From contig NC_043004.1 of the NCBI RefSeq assembly GCF_006345805.1, positions 60,698,001 through 60,762,000 of the forward strand: a stretch of 64,000 nucleotides of DNA, given 5' to 3'. The notes below the pieces were generated by a model that saw nothing but the letters and a program-made list of their open reading frames with translations, had not been told where the DNA came from and did no database searches. Source of the DNA: Octopus sinensis (taxonomy: Eukaryota). The translations under genes and the position numbers were made by a program. Positions 52,926-64,000 of this stretch are shown here, piece by piece (positions within the stretch are counted from its first letter, which is position 1; every line of letters starts with the position of its first letter).

Positions 52926-55189
52926 TATATATATATATATACATGATATATACGTGTGCGTGTGCACGCGATGCGTATGTCTATGTGTGTCTATGTTTGT
53001 ATGTGTGTTAGCACGTGCATATATGTGTATATGTGGTGAGCGAGCATGTATAATTTGATTTATATTTTATGTGATTGTAGACGGAATTTTTCTTTATCTG
53101 TATTTTTTGTAATGTTACATTCTATACACACTGCGCGTGCGTGTGTACGTGTGTGTGCATGTGTGTGCATCTATATATGTTAGTGTATATATATATATAC
53201 ATGTATATATATGTATTGATAGAAACATAGGCTTAGAAAAAAACCAAAACACGATAGGAAAATCTGTTAACCAATTTTATGTTAAGCTCGTTGTATTGTC
53301 TCAAATAGATACATGGTTAAGAAGCGAACTTCTTAACTACGTATGCTTACTTATCCAATAATACTCAACATTATTTACTTTTCGTGGACATAAAATTTCC
53401 AACGACTTTGGTAATCTATTTGTTTGTATCTTTTCCTCCTGCCTTTAGTTGAGTATCTATCTTTCAAGTTCGTATACTCTGAGCAAGGATATATTCTTGC
53501 CTGAGATTTTACATCCGTTAAGTTATTTGATTTTATGATTCCATTTTATATATTACTGTTTCTATATTTTTCTATTTATTGTTTATAATCACAATTTAGA
53601 ATTTATGAATTACTACAAGTTAAGTCTTTCCTTATCTTTTGGTTTCATGTTTGTTACTTATCTTTTTTTTTCCATTTTCTCATATTTTATGCAATATCAC
53701 TACAACAATGTTATACTATATTATGTTTAATTGATTAATTACATTGCTTACCGTAGTGTCTTTTGACCATTTATTGATAATCTCTGTTTGAATTTCTTCT
53801 TTTTTTTATGAACACCTAAATCTTATTCACTAAGTTGAAATCTGTAAATTGATTTTCAATTGTTTCTTGGCATACATTTTACGATTTGAATTTTACAATT
53901 TTTCTTTTCATATCGGTTTCGCTAGAAATTATTTTGGTTCATTTGTAGTATATTTGTTTTTTTGTTCCAAAATTTATATATTTCTTCATTCGTAAAAGCA
54001 GAAATGTGAGTGTCGTAGGCTCGAATTTCATCTGGAATCCGGGTAAATTAGCGACGGTTTTTTTTTGTCCGTAAAATTTATTGCACAGAAGAAAGGTCGG
54101 TAAAAGAGATAAGTATGACATTTTGGAGAGCCGAGAAATCGAGAAAATGAGTTTGTGTATATATGTGAAACAGTGAGTGAGAATGTCTGTGTGTGTGTGT
54201 GGTGTGTGTGTGTGTGTGTGTTTGTGTGTGTTAGCATGAAGAGGAGAGAGTGTGTGAGAGAGAGTGAGAGAGGGAGAGAAAGTCTGGGTTTGTGTGTCTG
54301 TGTGTGTTTGTAACGCTTCGGACATTTGCCTTTTGTCTTAGACTAAGAAAGACGGAGAAAATATTGTCGATTCATTGGTAAGATTGCAAAAACAAATATT
54401 GTAAGTGTGTCGATGTTTGTTTCTCTTTACAAGTTACAACAAGTTTGTATTAAGTGTGTTTTATTAATATTTCTCTCTCTTATTATTTTCGCTGACACTA
54501 GTCTCTCTGTCCACCTCTCGTATTCTTTTGAAGTAAGTTGTTGCTGGTAGTTTTATTGAATTTCTCCTAATATCTAATGTTATAACAGTTTGTTTTATGT
54601 CTCGTCACAAATTTGAAATTGTATTGTTGGTTAAATATAATTCTGAATGTCTCTCACTCTGTATATAATTAATAGGTTAACTTTCCCTTGTTGATGTTTT
54701 CTGATCTTATATAACACCAAAATATGCTCTCGTTGCTTCACAATATTCCGATCATGTTCATTTAGTCCTTTTGCTTTTGTTTCTCTGAATTTTTATTTGC
54801 TACGCTTTTATTTTTTCCATTTTTTATTTTTTAGTGGGGAAACAGGGTATTATAAAATTTTAACGATTACTTTGCTCTTTTGATAATTCAGAAATCTCTG
54901 TGAAGCTGTCGTCTTTGATATTATTGATTTCTCGCAGTCAATTATTTTCTTGCCTTGTCATTAGTGTCGAATAATTTCCAGCATTTTTATTCGTCATTTT
55001 TTTTTCATCATCTTCCTAAGTGTCTCTGAATAGCACAGGGTTGAGAAAGTAGTGAGTGCAGCAATTCCACGTCAGTAGTACCGTTTCCAACGAAGCCACC
55101 ATAATCTTAACTCCATTTCGAAGTTCCTTTGTTTGCTTTGCAGTAATTGTTTATTATGTATATGCTACAGAGACCCGTGAAATGCCAGC

Positions 55190-55237
55190 ACTTCCAGTCA
55201 ACAGACGGTTGCCATTAACCGTCTGTTGAATGGAAGT
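55190..55237. other. 21-bp hairpin with one mismatch and a 6-nt loop
   Basis: ACTTCCAgTCAACAGACGGTT-gccatt-AACCGTCTGTTGAaTGGAAGT. Confidence 0.85.
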
Positions 55238-56180
55238 TGAATGGACGTGATCAAGGTTATTCTAGAAAAGATCTGAGAATCGATAAATAACTTTCCAAAA
55301 AATCTTAGCCTCACATTATCACAGGGAAATAAACTCTATAGGTACGGTACACACGTTAACAAGGTCGGTACAAGATATGTAACTAGCAACAGATTCGTTC
55401 TAATTAAACTTGTACAGTGTCATTCTCACCTCTGCTTTTCTATTGTTAAGAAGAGCAGGCCCTTTTCTTTTCTATGTCTTCTATGATGAAGGATGCAGTT
55501 TGGTGGCCATGACTTGGTGGGGTGATAGCAGTGTTTTTAATGTCTTGCCAAATATTTGTTAATTGTTAAAGTTACTATATTAATATGGCCGTGGAGAAGA
55601 TAAGAAGGAAATGCCCCTCTCGTTTGTGCAAATGTGGTGAGGTTCTGGCGAGTTTAGCGTAGCTGCATGAGCGTAACTTTGAATATGTGTCTGAAGGTCG
55701 AAATCAAAACAGAGAAAAACACTTACACCTTGGGAAGAACGCAGTCCGAGATTTGTGTTGTTTTCTAATTATTACTAGGTAATATTTTCTCAATTTAGGC
55801 ACTTATACGTTATATTTCATATCATTTTCTTCCTTCAATGACTGGTATCTTTTCACGCCTTCTGCCTTTCATCATCGATGTAAATAGACCAGTTTTGTTA
55901 TTCGTTGAGAACACCCTACATTTTCCGGCATCGTAGCAATTAGGAAACTCTTCTTACTAGACGTAGGAATGACAGATTTATTAAAGTGTTTAAAAAGATG
56001 CTTTGCAGCATTTGTAGAGGCTCTTTGCGTTCTGAGTTCTAATTTATATATGTGATTATATTTGCCTTTTCATTCTTTAGAGATCGATAAAATTATGTAT
56101 CAATCAAGTACGAGGTTCAATGTAATCGATTAACACTTACCCTCAAAATTTCGGACCTGAATATTGTTGTTGTTGTTGTT

Positions 56181-56234
<54 letters not shown>

Positions 56235-56252
56235 TTATTATTATTATTATTA

Positions 56253-56304
<52 letters not shown>

Positions 56305-56305
56305 G

Positions 56306-56840
56306 AATGAGAGGGCAGTGCATGCCATCAAAGTGACACTGGGGTAAAATATACGAAGTCCAGTATACCCATCATGAGTACCCGTCTGATAAGGGTACAA
56401 TAGGCACATGCATCACATCATACCCAGATAATCAGCACAGGAAATTGCAGATGAGGCCCAGTTAGAATTTTCTTCTGGTAGAATAACCCAACCCGCTCGA
56501 AAGGTCTCTGAATAAGGGTTGTTTAAGGAAATTGAACTAAACACTCTTGTTTCCAGAGGTGAATTATTCAAGCCCCAAAGAATCCCTGTCAACAGATGGC
56601 TATGATGCCCCACCCCACTACTTCTGCACGGGATCAGAGATACACATAACGTCAGCCACTAAGGGACATGCCCAACTGGTTAAGGTCAAACATCTGACAA
56701 GCAAATCTGTGGTATTGAGCAGAATATTTGCTGTAGCCCATCTTTTATACCAAGACAAAACAATGTACATGATAACACTTCCAATCAGTTAAGATCAGAA
56801 GCCACGAGAGCGACTGCCTGGTACTGCATCAGGGCATTGA
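56306..56840 (-). mobile_element. Unclassified repeat family X, longest copy, embedded in (ATT)n/(AAT)n
   Basis: Related to 13980-14415 and 8960-9172; the minus-strand 3' end GCACTGCCCTCTCATTC is followed by (AAT)n. Confidence 0.75.
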
Positions 56841-56892
56841 TACTCCCCCACTACTTCTGCTCGGGATCATCATCATCGTTATTATTATTAAT

Positions 56893-56978
<86 letters not shown>

Positions 56979-57036
56979 GATTATTATTATGATTATTATT
57001 ATTATTATTATGATTATGATTATTATTATTATTATT

Positions 57037-57420
57037 GCCTTTGCACAGCTTCTAATGCTGGAGATGTACTACAATGTCAACTGTTCACTACCAGTGAACT
57101 AAGGTGACACCTCTTATTTTTCGAGCTCCTTCCGAGTATTCGAGTGGTTCCAAGCAGTGCTGCATTCTGCTAGTGCTCCACCCTTATTGCAGCCCCTATT
57201 TGTTCCACGCACTTCTCGAGATTTTTGCTCACTGTTGCTAGGGCTCCGACAATTATAGGCACTACTGCTACCTTTTTCATCGACCACAACTTCTTAACTT
57301 CCCAAGCTAACCTGTCATATCTTTCGGCTTTTCTTTCTTCCTTATCGCATACCTTGTAGTCAGCTGGGCATGCTATATCTATGATCAGTATAGTTTGTTT
57401 TCTTTCCCTATCTCCTGTAT
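57037..57420 (-). mobile_element. R4/Dong-like non-LTR 3' end (distinct subfamily) in (TAA)n
   Basis: ILIIDIACPADYKVCDKEERKAERYDRLAWEVKKLWSMKKVAVVPIIVGALATV...EH*QNAALLGTTRIL. Confidence 0.88.
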
Positions 57421-57443
57421 TATTATTATTAATTTTATTATTA

Positions 57444-57498
<55 letters not shown>

Positions 57499-57534
57499 TT
57501 ATTATTATTATTAATATTATTATTATTATCATTG

Positions 57535-57908
57535 TCATTTACTTTTAATCTGCATGTTTGATGCAATCACCTGCCGGGGCACACCCAGCGCCCTAGGGCA
57601 AGTGAAGGTTAAGAGTTGTTGAAATATAGCTGAAAGCTTGGGGAGGGGAAGTAGAGAAATATCTCCATGTAATACAAACACAAACATTTACATTGATAGG
57701 GTTTTTCTAAGGATGTGGGCAGTACTTGTTAGCACAATCTTTTGGATTTCCTTGAGACATGGTTCTCCAGGGATATTGTCTAGGTGTTTCTGACATCCCT
57801 TTTTTATCATACCTAGGGGACCTACAATAACAGGAACAGTTTTTGTTTTAAGATTCCACATCTTTTGTATTTCGATTTCCAGGTTCTTATATTTACTAAG
57901 TTTGTCAA
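57535..57908 (-). mobile_element. R4/Dong-like non-LTR 3' end (another subfamily) in (TAA)n
   Basis: DKLSKYKNLEIEIQKMWNLKTKTVPVIVGPLGMIKKG/...EIQKIVLTSTAHILRKTL. Confidence 0.85.
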
Positions 57909-57939
57909 ATTTATTATTATTATTATTATTATTATAATT

Positions 57940-58010
<71 letters not shown>

Positions 58011-58027
58011 TATTATTATTATTATTA

Positions 58028-58095
<68 letters not shown>
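57909..58095. repeat. In-phase compound microsatellite (ATT)(ATC)(ATT)(GTT)
   Basis: Read directly. Confidence 0.95.
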
Positions 58096-58096
<1 letters not shown>

Positions 58097-58304
58097 CACC
58101 TAAAGTTACTGTTGGCAAATATTTTAGAAACAGATCAGTAAATTGTATAGAACGGTGCTATTGTATTTGTGTTTAAACAGGTTATTTCATAGCCGGAGTT
58201 ATAAAGGTTTGATGTGATGTTTCCTATTGTGCAGTGTTTGTCTGTTTATTAATTTGTTTTATGTAAATTTGTTTTCCTTTACTTTGAAACGGCCATTCGT
58301 CTAC

Positions 58305-58346
<42 letters not shown>

Positions 58347-59190
58347 GTATGTTATTTTAGTCTGAAAACATCAAAATTTCTTAATATATCACTGTCAATA
58401 TAATGATTTTAGTGTAATTTTGGCCATCTTCCAGTAAAATGATGCTAACCTCAAAAATAGATGCTTGAAACTAAGACCACAAAACCCAATCCTTGTTTCA
58501 TAAAGAAATTCGTATGAATCTGAACATTTACGCAAAAATACACACGATAAAATATTAAAAAATTATAAACCAGCACAACCATTAAAATTTCCTTCATTAG
58601 TATTTGTCTTGTCGTTCATTTTGCTCTTGTTATTGATGTCGTTGTATTTGAAAATGATGATCATGATTATGACTATAACGATGATGGTGGTGGTGGTTAT
58701 GGTATCTTGTTGTTTGTGATGACAGTGGTGTTTGAGGTGGTGGTATTAAACCGCAGGGTGACACACACTGAGCAAACATATGGTCAAGAGCGTACAACTC
58801 ATGTCTATATCTTACTTCCACCATCGTCATCATCACATGACCTCAATCATCGTCATTGTTGTCGTCGTCACTACCACCACCTCCATCACCATTACAACCA
58901 CCACTATAATCATCATCATCATCATCATCGTCGTCGTCGTTTTCACGTCCAGATTTCCATGCTTGTCTGCGTGAGATGGTATTCGTTGTGTACACACACA
59001 CATGTATATATATATATATATTATAGTGTGTCAATAACCAGCTGGTGGAGATGTCTTCCTGGGGTTACAAGCTACAGTAGCATCAACCTTTAAGTGTTAG
59101 CCACATTTATGCGACAAATAAACTTCACGAAGTCGTGCAGCTACTGTTTATACCACGCTCAGAGATATATTATATATATGTGTGTGTATA

Positions 59191-59226
<36 letters not shown>

Positions 59227-59488
59227 TGTATGTATGTATGTATGTATGTATGTATGTGTACGCCTATTAGAACATAATACACGCCTATCCACCAATGTCA
59301 AGATAGTTCGCCTCTCCTTTTCCCATGGGGTATAGCACCGTAAAAGAATTATCGATTCTGGAGACTGTCTCCCTCCTCATAATGTAAGGCACCGCCCTCA
59401 AGCATATGATATTTTTAAGAAATCAAAAAAATAATTTGTCATTTGATATAGTTTCATTTGCACACATGCACACATATACATACGCGAG

Positions 59489-59554
<66 letters not shown>

Positions 59555-59624
59555 CGTGTGTGTGTTTGTGTGTGTGTGTCTGTGTGTGTGTGTGTATGTG
59601 TGTGTGTGTATGCACCTGTACTTA

Positions 59625-59668
<44 letters not shown>

Positions 59669-59751
59669 CACGCACTCACACACGTATATATATATATATA
59701 TATACATACATACATATTTTTACTATGTTCCTGTGTATGCGTGTATATATA

Positions 59752-59787
<36 letters not shown>

Positions 59788-60062
59788 TGATGTAGAAACT
59801 ACATACTTGGACGGTTTGTTCTATCATTAGTCAACCAGAGTATGAGTTTAAATAAATCCTGCTGCTCTTTATAATAAGTCGCACTTCTTTGCAGAGGGTC
59901 TCTCATAACCGTTCGTCGTGATACATGGTATTATTCTTTATTTTTTTTCATTCTGTGGTCATTTTGCTAGTTTGCTATGTTGGAGTTTTCCTTATCAAAA
60001 GCAGGCAGCCTGAAATTTTCTGGCGTCTTTAAGAAAAAAAAATTAATAGAAATTGATCATTG

Positions 60063-60470
60063 TAGGCAAAGGCGTAGCTGTGTGGTAAAAGCTTTGCTTA
60101 CCAACCACATAGCTCCAGATTCAGTCATACTGCTTGACACCTCGGGCAAATGTTAGTGGCTAGAGCGTCGAGCTTAGCATTGTGAGGTTGTGAGTTTGAT
60201 TCCCGGTCCAGGCTGCGTGTTGTGTTCTTTAGCAAGACACTTTATTTCACGTTGCTCCAGTTCACACACCTGTAGAAATGATTCCGACGTCGCTGGTGCC
60301 AAGCTGTATCGGCCTTTGTCCTTCTCTTGGGTAACATCGGTGACATGTAGAGGGGAGGCTGGTATACATGGACGACTGCTGGTCTTCCATAAAAACAACC
60401 CTGCTCAGACTTGTACCCAGGAAGGGAACCTCTTAGGTGCGCCCATGGTCATTCGTGACAGACGGAATAT
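60063..60470 (+). mobile_element. SINE A 5' piece (60063-60150) joined to SINE E (60153-60470)
   Basis: The family A head breaks after CCTCGGGCAAATGT and continues as TAGTGGCTAGAGCGTCGAGC of family E. Confidence 0.8.
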
Positions 60471-60475
60471 GTGTT

Positions 60476-60519
<44 letters not shown>

Positions 60520-60520
<1 letters not shown>

Positions 60521-60811
60521 TAGCAGTATCGCCCGGCGTTGCTCGGGTTTGTAAGGGAAATAACTATATAAGCATTTTTAGAGAGTTATAGCCAAAAAAT
60601 AGCAAAAAAAGCATTAAAAATGGAAAACAAATTATGGTAATTTTTTTTAATCGTTGACTCATCATAGACGCACGCTAATACCCAGAAGGGCTCGATATGA
60701 ATCACGACTATAAGATACCCGGTTTTGGTTAAACTGCACCGCAAAATGTGGGAGTAGTTACGAATGTAAATCGTAGGAGACAGACACACAACCTTACTTT
60801 TATATATAAAG

Positions 60812-60812
<1 letters not shown>
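60520..60812 (-). mobile_element. Non-autonomous Helitron
   Basis: Minus strand: A|TCTTTATATATAAAAG ... CCCGAGCAACGCCGGG hairpin ... CTAG|T. Confidence 0.85.
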
Positions 60813-60851
<39 letters not shown>

Positions 60852-60916
60852 GTATATATACGTACTTGTGTGTGTGTACATACTTGCATGCATACATACA
60901 TACATACATACATACA

Positions 60917-60948
<32 letters not shown>

Positions 60949-61111
60949 ATTGCAATGCTCGAAACTCCTGGCCGCTGATGACTTTATACTTTCTGCCGAT
61001 GAAAAAAATAATCTTTATAAACTCATGTGTTACTTTCTGATTATTCTGTCTAATCTACTTACTAGACCTCTACAACTACAGACAATGAATAACTAGATCG
61101 ATCGATCGATC

Positions 61112-61196
<85 letters not shown>

Positions 61197-61650
61197 GTGT
61201 ATGCATACATATGTTCTTACATACATCCCTTTTTGGATATATGCATTTCCTTATTTGACATATAGATGGAACCATGTGTGCATCTCATTACTGGTAATAA
61301 GAAACCATGAACTGACCGCAAATACAGCTTGTTGCCTGAGACCCTAGTAACATTGTTATACCTGTGCTATTCCACTAAAACACGAGTGAGAACATTTTGC
61401 CTTAACTGATAACCAGCGTTTATTTATTGATTTATTTTTCGAATGCATGATAAATCCACTAGCTGGTTATTTTCCTCGGTAGAAATAGATGATAGCAGGC
61501 TCTACAGTCTTCATTGAGTGAGGGCAGTACTGTCATCGTTGCACACTCTGAATTATTTGTGACCGTAAGCGCTTTTTACATTCATCTTCCTTCTACACAA
61601 CACCACACATATTCCCACGACTATGTAAAGCCTCTCTGGTTTATGCATAA

Positions 61651-62026
61651 CTAGCAGTATCGTCCGGCGTTGCTCGGGTTTGTAAGGGAAATAACTATAT
61701 AAGCATTTTTAGAGAGTTATAGCCAAAAAATAGCAAAACAATGCATTAAAAATGGGAAAAAAATCGTTGACTCATCGTAGATATTTTTAGAGAGTTACTT
61801 CCCTTATATAATAGCGAATAAAATGCATTAAAATGGAAAAAAAAGATGGTAAATTATTTTTAAAATCGTAGACTCATCGTAGACGCGCGCTAATACCCAG
61901 AAGGGCTCGATATGAATCACGACTATAAGAAACCCGATTTTGATTACACTGCACCACAAAATGTGGGAGTATTAGGAATCTAAATCGTAGGAGACAGACA
62001 CACAACCTTACTTTTATATATAAAGA
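61651..62026 (-). mobile_element. Non-autonomous Helitron with an internal duplication
   Basis: Same termini as 60520-60812; the TTTTTAGAGAGTTA...GACTCATCGTAGA block occurs twice. Confidence 0.85.
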
Positions 62027-63215
62027 TATCGCATGTTGAGCTGGTAGCATTTGTTTCAGCATATATATTTCATAACCGCATCACAATCATTCCAGCTCAT
62101 GGAAATGGTAATTTATAAATAAGTGTAATATATCGTTTTTTACACTGATTGAATTTTCAGAATTCAAAAATTTTTTTAACTTTGCAAACACAAATCTGTC
62201 TCCCAGGTGTTAAATGCTTGGATGGTCACAAGTGGAATGACTTCCAGCATTCAATTTCTCGAAGAGAAAAGTACCATAATGTGTATCAATTCTACTTGAT
62301 TGCACAATAATGCTTCATTCTGGTACTGAAAATTCTTTTATTCGGTGCAAATGGTGGAGAAAATCGTAAAACAATTAACGCACACAAGCCACATTAACAG
62401 CGTCTACTTGAGTTTTGGAATAAAATACTTGTGCTTTTATAATGATAAGCAGCAGCTGAGCCCGGCCTTCTCCGGTCTCATTAATGTATACACTTATATT
62501 TTGCGTAAATTCCTTAAAGTATTTCGAAAACCTTCAGTAAATTCAGCAATGTTGATACTGAAAAAATTACTTCATATAAGAAATTCAGGCAATTTCAGGC
62601 AATGTGGAAACTAGGCTAAAATAAAATCTTTAATTTCCTGGGAAAATGTTCTATGAAAACTATAGTACTAATTTTCATATTTGATCTAAATGAATTATTT
62701 TTATAATCAGTGTTCCCTTTAGCTATTCAGGTGTGCAATACTATTAGTTACCCTCTTAGTTTCTAAAATGCCTTAAACGAATAACTTACAGGCAAAAGTC
62801 ACAGATCTTATGACGTTGTAGCTAAAAATATATGACATTATGCAAAAATCTCAACCACTTATGAAACTGTGGCCAACAACATTGAACACATATACCTATA
62901 TACATTCATTTTATATATTAAGAAGATATGGCATAGTGATAATCAAAACTGATTAATGACATAAAATATTAGCGAAAATGTCTTTGAGGTACTAAAATTT
63001 TGGTGTGGAGCCATTTTAGAAGAGATCAATAGTCTGTTGAAGTGTTCTTTATGATTCTATTTATTCTATTTCGTTCAGACTATCAATAACTTAAATCGAT
63101 AAATTTATCTCATAACCAAACTAACTATTTACTAAACGACATCAGTGAGTCTATCTATATGACTTATATGTTACTCTATCTTTATGTATGCATAGATACT
63201 TGCATACGTGCATAC

Positions 63216-63309
<94 letters not shown>

Positions 63310-63363
63310 GTATGTATGTATGAATTTATGTATGTATGTATGTATGTACATATGTATGTATGC

Positions 63364-63400
<37 letters not shown>

Positions 63401-63654
63401 ATATATATAGTACAAAGTAAGATAGGGGTTATGAGTTATCCAATATACTGCTGGTAAAGCCTCTTGACCATAGGCTGAAACAGCTGTAAGGAGCAGTTTA
63501 TTTCTATTAGTTTTATTTTATTATTAATTTGCATATCGCTGTATATTGTTCTGTTCGATTTCCATGTTCCTATTTGTATAATTAATAAATAATATGAGAT
63601 TGTAATATCTGAAAGTTGATGATCGAAATGAATTTGTTCCTCCATTTTCTTATT

Positions 63655-63725
<71 letters not shown>

Positions 63726-63742
63726 TACATAAATATATAATA

Positions 63743-64000
63743 CTAGCAGTATCGCCCGGCGTTGCTCGGGTTTGTAAGGGAAATAACTATATAAGCATTT
63801 TTAGAGAGTTACTTCCCTTATATAATAGCAAAAAATACATTAAAAATGGGAAAAAAAGATGGTAATTTTTTTTTAATCGTCGACTCATCGTAGACACGCG
63901 CTAATACCCAGAAGGGCTCGATATGAATCACGACTATAAGATACCCGCTTTTGGTTAAGCTGCACCGCAAAATGTGGGAGTAGTTAGGAATCTAAATTGT
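63743..64000 (-). mobile_element. Non-autonomous Helitron, cut by the window edge
   Basis: Same CTAG end, hairpin and body as 60520-60812. Confidence 0.85.

Noticed and set aside
5540-60470. tRNA genes at A-box/B-box motifs
   Set aside because: The motifs are SINE heads followed by family-specific bodies, with no complete cloverleaf or terminator.

Overview
Repeat-saturated, AT-rich animal genomic DNA with no intact protein-coding gene that I can support. Almost all ORFs in the track are microsatellite read-throughs. The SINE families and the extreme (AT)n/(CA)n/(ATT)n density suggest a coleoid cephalopod, probably Octopus (inference from recalled families, not a search). Identifiable content: (1) a dead Ty3/Gypsy element (gag-protease-integrase, RT/RNaseH missing; minus strand, ~10.6-13.4 kb) whose integrase core has been amplified into a ~25-copy 50-bp minisatellite; (2) two Penelope-like elements (27.6-29.2 kb; 46.2-49.9 kb, the latter preceded by an inverted copy of its own 3' region) plus a GIY-YIG relic; (3) a near-canonical type I hammerhead ribozyme at 32.33 kb and a three-copy repeat with a variant hammerhead-like core; (4) six R4/Dong-like non-LTR 3' fragments, all associated with (TAA)n tracts; (5) HERO, RTE and Tc1 fragments, four non-autonomous Helitrons and many tRNA-derived SINEs; (6) two local tandem duplications, two long hairpins, a 100-N gap, and a few exon-like islands on the minus strand, one of them TPR-like.
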